In this document: positions 1-11,244 of the stretch, piece by piece
Layout: every line of letters begins with the position of its first letter
How positions within the stretch are numbered: position 1 is the first letter of the stretch
Assembly (NCBI GenBank): GCA_019721075.1
Contig: JAHEAD010000001.1
Coordinates: 124,001 to 188,000, forward strand
Direction of reading: 5' to 3'
Source: Candidatus Sysuiplasma jiujiangense
Lineage (GTDB): Archaea; Thermoplasmatota; Thermoplasmata; Sysuiplasmatales; Sysuiplasmataceae
DNA length: 64,000 nucleotides
Translations under genes and position numbers: made by a program
The notes under the pieces: model-generated
Databases searched by the model: none
The model's input: the letters and a program-made list of their open reading frames with translations, nothing else
Told to the model about the DNA's origin: nothing

Positions 1-1071
1 GACGCCCGCGTAAACAGCATGGGCGGATTCGAGCGCAGGTATTATTCCTTCGAGCTTCGAAAGGAGGCTGAAGCCTTCGAGCGCCTGGGCATCTGTGACG
101 GCAACATACCTTGCCCTGCCGGTCTGCTGAAGAAATGCATGTTCCGGTCCTACAGAAGGATAATCAAGTCCGGCGCTTATGCTTGAAGTTTCCATGATCT
201 GCCCGTCCTCATCCTGAAGGATTCTGCTTCTCGAACCGTGAAGGACTCCCGTGCTGCCGGCTATCAGGGGGGCGGAGTGCTTTCCTGTCCCGATGCCTTC
301 TCCGCCCGCCTGGGCGCCAAGCAGGGAAACACTGTTATCCTTCAGGAACGGGTAGAACGCACCGATAGCGTTGCTGCCACCGCCGACGCATGCGACAATC
401 ATGTCGGGAAGACGGCCTTCGGCAGAAAGCGACTGTTTCCTAATCTCTTTGCCTATTACGCTCTGAAAATCTCTTACTATCGTCGGATACGGATGAGGGC
501 CGACAGCGCTTCCAAGCAGATAGTGCGTATCCTCGATGTTTGTTACCCAGTCGCGAAGGGCTTCGTTTATTGCATCTTTGAGTGTCATCGAACCGGATTC
601 GACGGTATGCACCCTGGCACCGAGTATGTTCATGCGTATGAGATTCAGTCTCTGTCTTTCGGTGTCTTTTCTGCCCATGTATATTTCGGTTCTGATGCCG
701 AGAGCGGCACCGGCTATGGCAGCGGCAACGCCATGCTGCCCCGCCCCGGTTTCAGCAATTATTCTGGTCTTTCCCATCGCCTGGGTAAGCAGTGCCTGTC
801 CCATGACATTATTGAATTTATGGGCTCCCCCATGCAGCAGATCTTCCCTCTTGAGATATATCTTCGCGCCTCCGGCATAATCGGTCATCCTTTCCGCAAA
901 ATAGAGTGGTGTAGGTCTTCCGCCGAAATTGGCATAATAGTAGCTGAGTTTCGAGCGAAATTCGCTGTCATGCCTGAATTTGCGGTATGCTTTTTCCAGT
1001 TCATCGAGCGCAGTTACAAGCGTTTCAGGCACGTACCTTCCACCGAACTCACCAAACCAACCTTTAGGCAT
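1..1071 (-). CDS. trpB: Tryptophan synthase beta chain (3' end runs off the window)
   Basis: Read manually on the minus strand from ATG at 1071: [19 protein letters not shown]..., the TrpB1 N-terminus. Follows trpF. Absent from the ORF track because the stop lies outside the window. Confidence 0.93.
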   Translation of the reverse strand, partial: MPKGWFGEFGGRYVPETLVTALDELEKAYRKFRHDSEFRSKLSYYYANFGGRPTPLYFAERMTDYAGGAKIYLKREDLLHGGAHKFNNVMGQALLTQAMGKTRIIAETGAGQHGVAAAIAGAALGIRTEIYMGRKDTERQRLNLIRMNILGARVHTVESGSMTLKDAINEALRDWVTNIEDTHYLLGSAVGPHPYPTIVRDFQSVIGKEIRKQSLSAEGRLPDMIVACVGGGSNAIGAFYPFLKDNSVSLLGAQAGGEGIGTGKHSAPLIAGSTGVLHGSRSRILQDEDGQIMETSSISAGLDYPSVGPEHAFLQQTGRARYVAVTDAQALEGFSLLSKLEGIIPALESAHAVYAGV

Positions 1072-1693
1072 TGTAATTCTCCCTTGCCCTTGCAATAAAC
1101 CGTCTGACCAGATCTCTAGATTTTGCACCCCGGCTTTCCACGCCGGACGAAACATCTACTGCAGCGGGTTTCACCATAGATACTGCATTAGCGACGTTTT
1201 TCTCATTCAGTCCGCCGGAAAGCATGAGCCTGGCAGGATGTATTCTTTCCCTTATCGCAGAAGTGACGTTCCAGTCATGAACTCTGCCCGTTCCGCCGCT
1301 TGTCCCGCCGGAAAAGGTATCCGCAATAACCATGTCCGATGCGGAAGCTATAACCGCTGCTTCATCAATCCGGTTGCTGTCCGGAGCAATTAGGCATATC
1401 AGGCCGGACGAAATCGTGTTCCTCAGATGAATTATTTCCTCACCGGACAGAAGCGTGTGCACCTGGATGTAATCCGGATGAAGGAGCCGGTCAATACGTT
1501 CCAGCAACTTCGCCTCAGGTGAACGGACAACCGCGACTGTCTTTGCAAAGTCTGATGCAAGTTTGAAGAGAGGCTTCGCTTCTTCAACGGTGACTGACCT
1601 GTGGGAATCGCTTACCTCGATTATGAAGCCGATGTAATCGGCAGTTCTGCATGCGCCGACATCGGCGCTTGATCGGTTTCCGCAAATCTTCAC
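1064..1693 (-). CDS. trpF: Phosphoribosylanthranilate isomerase
   Basis: KICG N-terminus, [27 protein letters not shown]. Start re-called at GTG 1693, overlapping the trpC stop (GTGA). Confidence 0.9.
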   Translation of the reverse strand: MKICGNRSSADVGACRTADYIGFIIEVSDSHRSVTVEEAKPLFKLASDFAKTVAVVRSPEAKLLERIDRLLHPDYIQVHTLLSGEEIIHLRNTISSGLICLIAPDSNRIDEAAVIASASDMVIADTFSGGTSGGTGRVHDWNVTSAIRERIHPARLMLSGGLNEKNVANAVSMVKPAAVDVSSGVESRGAKSRDLVRRFIARARENYNA

Positions 1694-2463
1694 CTCCGTC
1701 GTTGCAGTAACACCTCCCTGATGCTTTTGAGCAACCCTGTGTCTCCGCCCATGACGGAAGTTCCGACAAGCACGGCGTCTGCGCCCGCAGCAAGAATGGA
1801 TTTCACCCTTTCCGCACTTCTTATTCCGCTCATGCCGATGACTGGCCTGTCCTTGCTGCATGACGAGAGTATTCTCTCACTCCTGCCTTCCTCAAGCTGA
1901 AGGGTACGCAGGTTCCTGTTATTGATTCCTATAATTTCAGCATCCGTTTCCTTGGCCTTCTCGAACTGTTCTGTAGAATTTACCTCGATGACCACTTCCA
2001 TACCGTAGGAATGCGCGCTTTCCATGAGAACGTCAATATTGAATCTCGTATGTTCGAATATTTCCATGATGAGCAGCACCGCATCCGCACCGGAAGCGTA
2101 CGCTGCATCAATCTGATCCGTGGCTATTACAAAGTCTTTCATCAGCACAGGCAGATCATATGATGATGCTTTCCTCAGATTATCAATAGAGCCGTCAAAC
2201 CGGTGCGGCTCTGTGAGGATCGAAAGACCGCAGACACCCGCGGAAACAAAATCGGCAAGCCTCTGATTCAGATCCACGTCGCTCGACAGTTCCCTGACGG
2301 AAGGTGTCTTTCTCTTGAATTCTGTGATAACGGGGATATTGCCCGGATCCTTCATGGAGGATTTCAGTGAATGCATTTTTCTTGTCCTCTCGCCGCGTAC
2401 CATGTAGTAGCCCGACATGACGAGCGAAAACGCGTTTTCAATGAAACCGTCAAGTTCATCCAT
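1690..2463 (-). CDS. trpC: Indole-3-glycerol phosphate synthase
   Basis: EFKRKTPS, SILTEP..F.GS, LMKDF, GADAVLLI, IGINNRNL, GADAVLVGTS motifs. Confidence 0.93.
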   Translation of the reverse strand: MDELDGFIENAFSLVMSGYYMVRGERTRKMHSLKSSMKDPGNIPVITEFKRKTPSVRELSSDVDLNQRLADFVSAGVCGLSILTEPHRFDGSIDNLRKASSYDLPVLMKDFVIATDQIDAAYASGADAVLLIMEIFEHTRFNIDVLMESAHSYGMEVVIEVNSTEQFEKAKETDAEIIGINNRNLRTLQLEEGRSERILSSCSKDRPVIGMSGIRSAERVKSILAAGADAVLVGTSVMGGDTGLLKSIREVLLQRRR

Positions 2464-3490
2464 TTCCGGCGCCCCCGGTTGCTTCTCTGCTGAGTGATAT
2501 GAATTCCCGGAGCTTTGCGAGTGCTCTTCCGCTCTCTATAGATTCGAGCGCCCTTTCCATACCCTGTTCAATCGAGCCGCATTTGCCGGAAACATAGAGT
2601 CCTGCAGCCGAGTTCAGCAGGACGATACTCCTTTCGCCTTCGCCTGCACGGTTGTCCAGTACCCTTGCTGCAAAATCCGCGCTCCCGGCGGAATCTGCTA
2701 CTGCAACGGGTTCCCATATGCCGGTACCGAACCGGCTGTAATCGCTTCCTTCGATTTCGTATTTTTCGATGACTCCATTCCTGACTTCCATTACTGCAGT
2801 TCTGCCGCGCGGAGAAATTTCATCCAGGCCGATGCCGCCATGTACGACCATTGCTCTCTCGCTGCCCAGCAGCATAAGGGCTGTGGCCAGCTTCTCCTGG
2901 TATTGATCGGAGAATACTCCCAGTACCTGTCTGCTCACACCGGCAGGGTTTGTAAGCGGGCCTATCAAGTTGAAAACCGTTCTGAAACTCAGCGCCCTGC
3001 GTACCGCAGCCACATTTTTTGTTGCAGGATGGTATTCAGGCGCAAAAAGGAACGTGATGCCGCACTGCGATAGCATCTTTTCAGCAGTTTTCGGCTCAAT
3101 GTTGATGTTGGCTCCAAGCTTTTCCAGAAGATCTGCGCTGCCGGACCTGCTTGTGAAAGATCTGTTTCCATGTTTTGCAACCGGGATACCCGCCGAGGCG
3201 ACAACAAATGAGCTGATGGTGGATACATTGAATGTTTTGACGGGCGCGCCACCGGTGCCGCAGAGATCTATTGTGCCCCGCGGCGCTCTGACTCTGCTGC
3301 ACTTCTCTCTCATTACCGAAGCGATTGATGCTATCTCCTCGGCTGTCTCGCCCTTCATCCTCAGGGCAGTAAGGAAGGAAGCCATTTCCGCCTCTGTGGC
3401 TCTCCCCTCCATTATCTCCGTTGCAGCGTCCCTGGCCTCACTGTCCGTCAGATTCCTGCCGTCAGCCAGCTTCCTGAGTATTTCCTTCAT
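2456..3490 (-). CDS. trpD: Anthranilate phosphoribosyltransferase
   Basis: DLCGTGG, NVST, AKHGNRS..SRSGSAD, RTVFNLIGPLTNP, GLDEIS. Confidence 0.95.
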   Translation of the reverse strand: MKEILRKLADGRNLTDSEARDAATEIMEGRATEAEMASFLTALRMKGETAEEIASIASVMREKCSRVRAPRGTIDLCGTGGAPVKTFNVSTISSFVVASAGIPVAKHGNRSFTSRSGSADLLEKLGANINIEPKTAEKMLSQCGITFLFAPEYHPATKNVAAVRRALSFRTVFNLIGPLTNPAGVSRQVLGVFSDQYQEKLATALMLLGSERAMVVHGGIGLDEISPRGRTAVMEVRNGVIEKYEIEGSDYSRFGTGIWEPVAVADSAGSADFAARVLDNRAGEGERSIVLLNSAAGLYVSGKCGSIEQGMERALESIESGRALAKLREFISLSREATGGAGNG

Positions 3491-4077
3491 AGGCTTCCTC
3501 TGACTATTTTCCTGAAATTTTTCAGTATCTGTCTCCCGCGTGGCGTCAGTATCGATTCCGGATGGAACTGTATGCCATACATTTCGTATTTGGAGTGTTT
3601 CAGAGCCATTATCTCACCGAACTCGCTCCTGGCAGTTACTTTGATGCATGCCGGCAATGTCTCCTCCTCAACAATCAGTGAGTGATAGCGTCCCCCCGTG
3701 GTTGGCGACGGCAGGCTTTCGAAGAGTCCTGAGCCTTCGTGATAAATGAGAGAGGTTTTACCGTGCATTACCCTGTTAGCATGCACGACCCGCCCACCAT
3801 ATGCGTACGCGATGCCCTGATGGCCAAGGCATACGCCAAGAACAGGTATCTCCTTTCCCATTTCCCGTATGACCTGGAGCCCTATGCCGAAATACTTTCT
3901 GCTGGACGGTATTCCAGGTCCGGGAGATATTACAATCGCATCGGGATCGATACGCCTGATACTCTTCAGCGTAAGATCGTCGTTCCTTTCCACGGAAACA
4001 TCCATTCCCATTTCGCCCAGCAATTGATACAGGTTGTATGAAAAGGAGTCATAGTTGTCTATCAGCAGCAGCATCAT
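3487..4077 (-). CDS. trpG: Anthranilate synthase component II (glutamine amidotransferase)
   Basis: IDNYDSF, SPGPG, GVCLGHQ, RYHSL, QFHPES. Confidence 0.95.
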   Translation of the reverse strand: MMLLLIDNYDSFSYNLYQLLGEMGMDVSVERNDDLTLKSIRRIDPDAIVISPGPGIPSSRKYFGIGLQVIREMGKEIPVLGVCLGHQGIAYAYGGRVVHANRVMHGKTSLIYHEGSGLFESLPSPTTGGRYHSLIVEEETLPACIKVTARSEFGEIMALKHSKYEMYGIQFHPESILTPRGRQILKNFRKIVRGSL

Positions 4078-5444
4078 TTTCCCCTCCCGTAAACGGACAT
4101 GAGGGCACCCATCTTGTTTTCAGTTTCCTGATATTCCATTTCAGGTACCGAGTCGTATACTATTCCGCCGCCCGCCTGTAGGAATGCTTTCCTGCCATTG
4201 CAGAAAAGCGTTCTTATCGATATTGCACTGTCGAGACAGCCTGTAAAGGAATAGTATCCGACTGCACCAGCATACGGACCGCGCCTGAATTTTTCCAGCT
4301 CTTCGATAATTTCCATTGCCCTGATCTTCGGTGCGCCGCTGACAGTCCCTGCCGGGAAAATTGAGAAAAGGGCGTCTACCGGTGTCCTTCCCTTGGTCAG
4401 AATACCCTCAACCCTTGAAACTATGTGCTGCACATGGCTGTATTTTTCAACTTTCATATACTCCGGGACTGAAACGGTGCCGAACCTGCAGACCCGGCCC
4501 ACATCATTCCTTGCAAGATCCACGAGCATATTGTGCTCCGCCTTTTCTTTCTCGCTTGCAAGCAGCTGCCTCCTGAGCTGCTCGTTCTCTTTCCTTGATG
4601 GGGAGGTGGGGCGTGTTCCTGCAATGGGATAAGTGGTAACCACTTTCCCCTTGACACGCACAAGCGTCTCCGGGCTTGAACCGATGACTATCCTGTCCCC
4701 GAATTTAACATAATACATGTAAGGGGAGGGATTGATGTTCCTGAGAGATTCGTAGAAATGGAGATATCCGCTCATCTTGTCGACGGACATTCTCCTCGAA
4801 AGGACGACCTGGAATATGTCGCCATCAATGATGTACTCCTTGGCTTTTTCAACAGACAGAAGATACTCCTCCTTTGAGGGTTGCGCGATTATTTTACCAA
4901 AATCCATTGCATCGTCGATTTCGTCCGCATTAGCAAGGTCCCTCTCTCTGTCATCCCCATGCGAAAAATAGAATAGGCGGTTTTTACGGTGATCATAAAT
5001 GAAACCGTCTTCAAAGAGGCCCAGCTCAGCATCCGGAAAGGCCGACTCGGCATGTATATCAGGGAGTTTTTCGAACGAGCGTATTGTGTCATAGGAGAAG
5101 TATCCCACGAACCCGCCCAGATAGGGATGAGCGAAATTACCGGGCACATGGCCGTTGCCAATATGTTCATTTAGAAAATGATCTATTCTCTGCTTTGCCG
5201 TCCTGCCGTCAAATGTGATGTGCCCGTTCCTGTATGTTGCCCTAGAAACGGGCGAAGCACCGAGAAGGCTGTATCGCGCGGAATGCGCAGGCCCTGTGGC
5301 ACTCTCAAGGAGGAAGCATTCGCTGTTTGAGGAGAGGAGCCGTGAAAAAAGTTCGAGCGGTTCCGTTCTTCTCTCACACTCTCTGAACAGCACCGTATCA
5401 CTCCCCGAAGAAAACATGATGGACGGCTTTTGCAGCCGCTGCAA
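4074..5444 (-). CDS. trpE: Anthranilate synthase component I (start uncertain)
   Basis: [55 protein letters not shown]. Confidence 0.93.
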   Translation of the reverse strand: MQRLQKPSIMFSSGSDTVLFRECERRTEPLELFSRLLSSNSECFLLESATGPAHSARYSLLGASPVSRATYRNGHITFDGRTAKQRIDHFLNEHIGNGHVPGNFAHPYLGGFVGYFSYDTIRSFEKLPDIHAESAFPDAELGLFEDGFIYDHRKNRLFYFSHGDDRERDLANADEIDDAMDFGKIIAQPSKEEYLLSVEKAKEYIIDGDIFQVVLSRRMSVDKMSGYLHFYESLRNINPSPYMYYVKFGDRIVIGSSPETLVRVKGKVVTTYPIAGTRPTSPSRKENEQLRRQLLASEKEKAEHNMLVDLARNDVGRVCRFGTVSVPEYMKVEKYSHVQHIVSRVEGILTKGRTPVDALFSIFPAGTVSGAPKIRAMEIIEELEKFRRGPYAGAVGYYSFTGCLDSAISIRTLFCNGRKAFLQAGGGIVYDSVPEMEYQETENKMGALMSVYGRGK

Positions 5445-6768
5445 GGTCGCTCATCGAGACAGTGAAATGGTAAGCCGCGGTGGAGGCTCCTGCTGACATC
5501 ATTCCGACATTGACGTCTGCTGTTGCAATTGCACCGAATACCTTTGCGGCAATTCCCCTGGTCTTTCCAAGCCCCTCTCCGACCGCACAGAGGAGGGCCA
5601 CATCGTATTCCGTCTCTATCTTATCCAGCCCCCTGGAAATGATGCCTGAGAGTGTTTCTGCCGACAGCTCCATATCCTCTGAGCGCAGCAGGAAGGCAAT
5701 ACAGGTCTGGGATGTTGTCGCGGATATTATGTTGATTCCGGCATTGCCAAGATGTCCTGAAATGCCTGAAATCGTCCCGGACGTATATCCTCCACCGGTT
5801 ACATATGCACGTATAATTCCAAGATCCTTGAGGCAGGAGACACTTTTCACAATGCCCGTCGTCTGCCTCTTGCTCGAGGTTATCAGTGTGCCTTCAGAAT
5901 CAGGATTGGCGATATTCCTGATCCTGATTGTTATGTTTCCCAGACGGACAGGGTCCACTGCCTTCGGATGAAGAACCTCGGCACCAAAATACGATAACTC
6001 CGCTGCTTCATCATAAGATATTTCATCAATAAGCTTCGCCTGGGGAACCAGTGTGGGATCGGCCGTGAGGAAGCCGTCGACATCCTTCCATATCACTAGC
6101 CTCCTCGAATCAAGCGCATAGGCTACAATCGCAGCACTGTAGTCGGTCCCATTTCTTCCGAGCAGTGTTATGTTACCCCTGGGATCCCTGCCAAAGAAAC
6201 CCGTTACCACCGGAAGATGGCCGGAGGATATGGAAGCGCGAAGCTTTCTTCCTGCGATCCTTTTTGACTGTTGCAGGTCTGCGGTTGCACTTACATAATC
6301 CGTGTTTGTTACGACACCGAGTGCGTCCGAGTCAAAGACGCGGGAGTCGCGGCCAGAATAGTTGAACGCTGAGGAGATGACGCGAGCGGAGAGTCGTTCC
6401 CCGAAACTGAGGATCAGAGCCTTTGTCCGGGGTGTCAGCTCCCTTGTATAGTATACACCATACAGAAGCCGTTCCATATTTTTGAGCAGCCGTTCTATCG
6501 CCTTCCTTCCATCCTCCATCACTGGTCCCGACGATATTTCGGACAGAAGACTGATGTGTCTTTCCCTCAGGAATGAAATAAGCGAGATGATGCTCTTTTC
6601 ACTCAGACGATTGGTGACTGTCTCCAGTATGCGGTCGGTGACGCCGGACAGAGCACTCACAACGACTGTCAATTTTTTTTCATCGTTGCTGAGATTGAGC
6701 ATTTTGTACAGCCCGTCTGCGTTTTTAAGACAGGAACCGCCGAACTTCATTACAGCTATCCCAGCCAT
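5398..6768 (-). CDS. lysC: Aspartate kinase
   Basis: MKFGGS, VVVSALSGVTD, GERLS, LGRNGTDYSA, KDVDG, EAAELSYFGAEVLHP and C-terminal ACT domains. Start re-called at ATG 6768. Confidence 0.92.
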   Translation of the reverse strand: MAGIAVMKFGGSCLKNADGLYKMLNLSNDEKKLTVVVSALSGVTDRILETVTNRLSEKSIISLISFLRERHISLLSEISSGPVMEDGRKAIERLLKNMERLLYGVYYTRELTPRTKALILSFGERLSARVISSAFNYSGRDSRVFDSDALGVVTNTDYVSATADLQQSKRIAGRKLRASISSGHLPVVTGFFGRDPRGNITLLGRNGTDYSAAIVAYALDSRRLVIWKDVDGFLTADPTLVPQAKLIDEISYDEAAELSYFGAEVLHPKAVDPVRLGNITIRIRNIANPDSEGTLITSSKRQTTGIVKSVSCLKDLGIIRAYVTGGGYTSGTISGISGHLGNAGINIISATTSQTCIAFLLRSEDMELSAETLSGIISRGLDKIETEYDVALLCAVGEGLGKTRGIAAKVFGAIATADVNVGMMSAGASTAAYHFTVSMSDLAAAAKAVHHVFFGE

Positions 6769-6769
6769 C

Positions 6770-7816
6770 TTACATGTCTCCCCTGGCGTGCATGATCTCG
6801 GCATTGAGGACAGATCCGCCTGCGGCTCCGCGAATCGTGTTGTGAGTGAGAATCACAAATCGCACAGTGTTGCCGTTCACCCGCACCCTTCCCACGGATG
6901 CAGCCATTCCCCTGGCTGATTCGGGTTCGCCAGCGTTTACATCAAAGAGCGGCTGAGGCCTGTTTGCTTCGCTTCGCACCACTATTGGAATAACAGGCGC
7001 TGAAGGCAGTGACAATTCCTGCGGGAGGGAGCGGAAGGATGTGAACGAGCCGACAACTTTCTCAAGAGTTACGCTTTGCCTGAGCAGAACCGTCACAGAT
7101 TCCACATGCCCTTCCCGCACCGGTACCCGGGTGCATGTTGCGTTTACTTCAATATCGGAGCTTATGACCGCACCGTTGGAAATGCTGCCAAACATCTTCG
7201 GTATTTCCTGTGATAACTTCTCCTCTTCGGATTCGATGTAGGGTATGACATTCGCTGTTGAGTCCAGGGATGGAATTCCGGGATAACCGGCGCCGCTGAG
7301 AGCCTGAAGAGTTGTCACTTCGACATTGCCAATGCCGTATTTTTCGAGTGGTTTCAATCCCAGCGCAAGGCCGATAGCACTGCAGTTTCCGTTTGCGACT
7401 ATGAATCCCTTCTTTCCGGCAACCAGTGAAAGATGTTCATGGTTTACTTCCGGAACGACAAGCGGCACATCGGACCTCATTCTGTTTGGGGATGCATTTG
7501 TAAACAGTCTGCTTCCAGATGCGGACAGCTCCGTCTCAAATTTCGCGGCCGCATTAGCCGGGAGGGCGCTGAATATTGCATCATACCTCTCCATGCAGAT
7601 ATGCCTGACGTCGATCGCCATGATCCTGCTGTCCAGCAATTCTCTCCCGATTCGGTGCTCCGGGATCTGCAGGACATCCGCCACCGTCTTTCCTTCACTC
7701 CTTTCTGTTGCATACAGATCGGGAACATCAAAAAACGGATGTCCTGAGAGCATCTCGCAAAAGCGCTGTCCCACGAGTCCGCTCGCGCCAAGGACCGCTG
7801 TCCGGAGCTTAGACAT
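6770..7816 (-). CDS. asd: Aspartate-semialdehyde dehydrogenase (archaeal/fungal type)
   Basis: LGASGLVGQRF, VPLVVPEVN, NGNCS, QALSGAGYPG, CTRVPVREGH, HNTIRGAAGG. Start re-called at ATG 7816. Confidence 0.93.
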   Translation of the reverse strand: MSKLRTAVLGASGLVGQRFCEMLSGHPFFDVPDLYATERSEGKTVADVLQIPEHRIGRELLDSRIMAIDVRHICMERYDAIFSALPANAAAKFETELSASGSRLFTNASPNRMRSDVPLVVPEVNHEHLSLVAGKKGFIVANGNCSAIGLALGLKPLEKYGIGNVEVTTLQALSGAGYPGIPSLDSTANVIPYIESEEEKLSQEIPKMFGSISNGAVISSDIEVNATCTRVPVREGHVESVTVLLRQSVTLEKVVGSFTSFRSLPQELSLPSAPVIPIVVRSEANRPQPLFDVNAGEPESARGMAASVGRVRVNGNTVRFVILTHNTIRGAAGGSVLNAEIMHARGDM

Positions 7817-8909
7817 CTGTCCTGCCTCCGAAATATTCCATTCCTCTTCGCATAATTTCAACAAAATCGTCTCCGCTGGAACTGAAAGATGCGCGCCGTA
7901 CTTTCTCCAGGGAAGAACGCAGAGAAGAGAATATCACTTCCCTGTGTTCGTTGAGATTCTGTATCTCGTAGTACAATATAGGATTCTCTGAAGCGACATC
8001 GATTGCAGTTGAAAGCTGCTTCCTGAGCGTAGTGCTGGCAAAGCGCTGTATCTCCGCTGCGGAAAGCCCGCTGCCTGCCAGCATATCGAAAAAAACGATG
8101 TTTACGGCATGGGCTGCGCCTAGTGCATATCCCATTATCTCGTCATGTTTAGAAACATCCAGGACGGTTATGTTGAGGCTTGTGTCCTTGAAAAGGGATA
8201 TCGCATCATCGACAGCCTCCTTGCTTCCGCAATTGCATACAATCAGATTCTGGTCTGCCAGCATCCTTGTCGACGGACCGAACATCGGATGAATGCTCGC
8301 TATCCGCATTTCTTTGCGGATACCCATTCCGATAGCATCGAGGAGCGGGGATTTCAGGCTGCAGCCGTCAAGAAGTGTTGCGTGACAGTTTTCATCAACG
8401 AGTTGCTGGAGTATCGGAGCTGTTACGGATATAGGGGTTGAGAGTATTACTATGTCAGCCTGCGAAGCGGCTTTCAGCATATCGGGCTCAAATTTATATG
8501 GTGACGGCTCAGCGTTGACATCGTTTATTACGACCTCGTGGCCCTGCGTACTGAAGAAGTTTGCGTACCACCGTCCCATCTTTCCGTTGCCGCCTACTAT
8601 CAGTATGCTCTTTGACTTGCCTTCGTAGACGACGACGTCGCTGGATGTCTGCACTGAGATCGATGCCATTATGAGCGATTTTGCAAGTTCTCTGCCTATG
8701 TGACGGTCGATGCCGTTTTTTTCAAATATCTTCTCAGCCCGTTCTATGACCTGGGCCTCTACCGTGAAATCTCTGACAGGGACCCTTCTGTTTCTCTTCA
8801 GCCTTCCTATTTTCTCTGCTTCCCTGATCCTTTCGCATACAAGGGACATGAGTTCTTCATCGATCTGGCTTATTCTGTTCCTGATTGTGTTCAGTTCTTC
8901 TTCCGGCAG
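7809..8909 (-). CDS. tyrA: Bifunctional chorismate mutase (AroQ) / prephenate dehydrogenase; probable CTG start
   Basis: CM helix ELNTIRNRISQIDEELMSLVCERI...KRN...PVRD, then GGNGKMG Rossmann motif, SLK, IHPMFGP, HDEIM. The CM N-terminal helix is encoded upstream of the first ATG (8849). Confidence 0.88.
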   Translation of the reverse strand: MPEEELNTIRNRISQIDEELMSLVCERIREAEKIGRLKRNRRVPVRDFTVEAQVIERAEKIFEKNGIDRHIGRELAKSLIMASISVQTSSDVVVYEGKSKSILIVGGNGKMGRWYANFFSTQGHEVVINDVNAEPSPYKFEPDMLKAASQADIVILSTPISVTAPILQQLVDENCHATLLDGCSLKSPLLDAIGMGIRKEMRIASIHPMFGPSTRMLADQNLIVCNCGSKEAVDDAISLFKDTSLNITVLDVSKHDEIMGYALGAAHAVNIVFFDMLAGSGLSAAEIQRFASTTLRKQLSTAIDVASENPILYYEIQNLNEHREVIFSSLRSSLEKVRRASFSSSGDDFVEIMRRGMEYFGGRTDV

Positions 8910-9985
8910 TTCAATCCACTCCTCAAATACAGATCAGCAATTGTCAGGCAGCAAACCGCTTCAACAACAATCACTGCTCGGGGCACGATACAGGGGTCAT
9001 GCCTTCCCTTCACCACAAGTTCCGTCTCCTCCATCCTCCTCAGATCAATGCTCTTCTGTTTTCTGGGGATGGAGGAGGTGGGCTTGAATGCGACCCTGAG
9101 GACAACTGGCATTCCGTTGGTTATTCCACCGTTGATGCCGCCGGAATTGTTGGTCTCCGTTACTACCTTCCTTTCACTGCCGGAGATGACAAACTGATCG
9201 TTGTTCAGGCTTCCTCTGAGTTTTGTACCGCGGAAACCAGAACCGAATTCTATACCCTTCACGGCGGGGATAGAGAAAATGAATTTCGAAAGTTCTCCCT
9301 CTACACTGTCGAAGAATGGCTCTCCGACGCCGGCAGGAATGCCCGTGCAGATGCATTCCACGATGCCTCCCACGCTGTCACCGTCCTTCCTCGCTTCGAG
9401 TATCTCAGTACGCATTTTTTCTGCAAGTGTGCTGTCTATGCATCTTATTTCATTTGAGAATCTGTTCCTCTCCACCTGTTCGAAATCATAGGCCGTGCTG
9501 TCCTCCGCATTTCCTATGCTCACAACATGACCGGCAACTCTTATTCCCGCTGTGCTTAGGAACTGCCTTGCTGCAGCCCCCGCGGCCACAATAGGAGCTG
9601 TCAGCCTGCCGCTGAACTGGCCGCCCCCTCTGAAATCAGAATACCCGGAATATTTAACATGGGCTGTGTAGTCAGCATGTCCCGGCCTGGGAACAAATGG
9701 CGTTTCTGCGTAGGATGCACTTCTGATGTCCCTGTTGTATATAAGGAAAACAAGTGGGGTTCCTGTCAGTACGCCGTCACGCAAACCTCCTGAAATCCTG
9801 ACATCGTCCGGTTCAGTTCTGGCTGTTCCTATCAGAGGGGCAGGCTTCCTCAGTTCCATCTCCGCCATTATCCGAGCGGTATCGATAACCGTGCCGGACG
9901 GGAGCCCATCCAGCACTGCACCGACCATTTCACCATGACTTTCGCCGAATATTGTCAGCATGAGCGATCTTCCGATAGTGTTCAA
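8891..9985 (-). CDS. aroC: Chorismate synthase
   Basis: FGESHG, PRPGHAD, RGGGQFSGR, DGDSVGG, SIPAVKGIEFG, TNNSGGINGGITNG, GRHDPC. TTG start overlaps the aroA stop. Confidence 0.95.
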   Translation of the reverse strand: MNTIGRSLMLTIFGESHGEMVGAVLDGLPSGTVIDTARIMAEMELRKPAPLIGTARTEPDDVRISGGLRDGVLTGTPLVFLIYNRDIRSASYAETPFVPRPGHADYTAHVKYSGYSDFRGGGQFSGRLTAPIVAAGAAARQFLSTAGIRVAGHVVSIGNAEDSTAYDFEQVERNRFSNEIRCIDSTLAEKMRTEILEARKDGDSVGGIVECICTGIPAGVGEPFFDSVEGELSKFIFSIPAVKGIEFGSGFRGTKLRGSLNNDQFVISGSERKVVTETNNSGGINGGITNGMPVVLRVAFKPTSSIPRKQKSIDLRRMEETELVVKGRHDPCIVPRAVIVVEAVCCLTIADLYLRSGLNCRKKN

Positions 9986-11244
9986 CGCCTGCTCACCTTC
10001 CCTCCAATCCTCTTTATATCCCTCAGGAAAGACGGATAAGAGACCCTGAAGCAACCTGCGTCCTTCACCAGGACGCCTTTCGCGGATGCCAGACCCGCAA
10101 CAGCCGCTGACATCGCTATCCTGTGATCGCCGCAGGAATCAACCACTCCGCCCCTTATTTTTCCGCCATTGATTTGGATGCTGTTTCCCTTTGCCATGAA
10201 CTTGACGCCGATATTTTTCAACATCGAGCATGTGGTTTTAATGCGGTCAGTCTCCTTCATCCTGAGATTCTCAGATCCGCTGATTGTGCTTCTGCCACGG
10301 GCAGCAGATGCAATCACGCATGTTATGGGGAAAATATCTGGCGTCTCAGCGCAATCTATATCAGTTCCGGTGAGTCCCGTTGCCGAAACCGCAACCCTGT
10401 CGCCGCTTCTTTCAACATTGCAACCGAATTTTTCCGCCACACGCAGAATCACCGAATCCGCCTGAACGAAATCATCGCTCAGGGAGGAGACGGATACACT
10501 GCCCCCGGTAATGGCCGATGCTGCGATGATAAAGGATGCGGAGGAATAGTCACCCGGTATCACTATGTCCCTTGGCCCGTAGCTTCCACCTCCTTCAAAA
10601 TACATCGTGTTTCCTTCAAATCCGGCCCTTCCGCCAAAATAATCAACCATCTGGAGTGTGAGCTCCAGGTACCGCCTGGACTGCATTCCTCCCACAATCG
10701 CAACCTCTGTCTCACCGTCCTTAATCGGACATGACATGGCAAGTGAGGAGGCGAACTGTGAGCTTATGTCTCCGCGCAGGCTTGCAGATGAATTTCTCAT
10801 TGGTCCGCCGAAGACAGCAGGAAGCCTGCCATTATTCAGAGTGGAGAATGCTTCACCGCCAAGCTGCCTTATCGCATCGATCACGGGTTCCATAGGCCTG
10901 GAGCGAAGCGAACTGTCGCCTGTAATTACGGAATGGCCGGCCATCAGGGAACAAATAGAGCTCAGAAGGCGGGCCGTTGTTCCGGAATTGTTTGCATTGA
11001 TCACATCTTCAGGCTGATGCATTCCTCCTTCCATCGTAAGCGTGCTGCCGCCTGAAATATCCGAACCCATTAGCCTCGCGGCACAAATTGTGCTCACTGT
11101 ATCATCGCTCACAAGCGCATTCATGATCCGCATGGCTCCGCCCGACATGAGGCCGAAGAGTATCGCCCTGTGCGTCATGCTCTTGGAAGGTGGGGCGGCA
11201 ACTGTCCCGTGAACAGCTCCGGATTTCTCAGAAAACAACTCCAT
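9982..11244 (-). CDS. aroA: EPSP synthase
   Basis: PPSKSMTHRA, NSGTTAR, GD.SLRSRPM, ISSQF, PGDYSSA, LRMKETDRI, GDHRIAM, SYPSF. Confidence 0.95.
   Translation of the reverse strand: MELFSEKSGAVHGTVAAPPSKSMTHRAILFGLMSGGAMRIMNALVSDDTVSTICAARLMGSDISGGSTLTMEGGMHQPEDVINANNSGTTARLLSSICSLMAGHSVITGDSSLRSRPMEPVIDAIRQLGGEAFSTLNNGRLPAVFGGPMRNSSASLRGDISSQFASSLAMSCPIKDGETEVAIVGGMQSRRYLELTLQMVDYFGGRAGFEGNTMYFEGGGSYGPRDIVIPGDYSSASFIIAASAITGGSVSVSSLSDDFVQADSVILRVAEKFGCNVERSGDRVAVSATGLTGTDIDCAETPDIFPITCVIASAARGRSTISGSENLRMKETDRIKTTCSMLKNIGVKFMAKGNSIQINGGKIRGGVVDSCGDHRIAMSAAVAGLASAKGVLVKDAGCFRVSYPSFLRDIKRIGGKVSRR

Noticed and set aside
238..1098. 286-aa plus-strand ORF
   Set aside because: Antisense shadow of trpB; no recognisable motifs.
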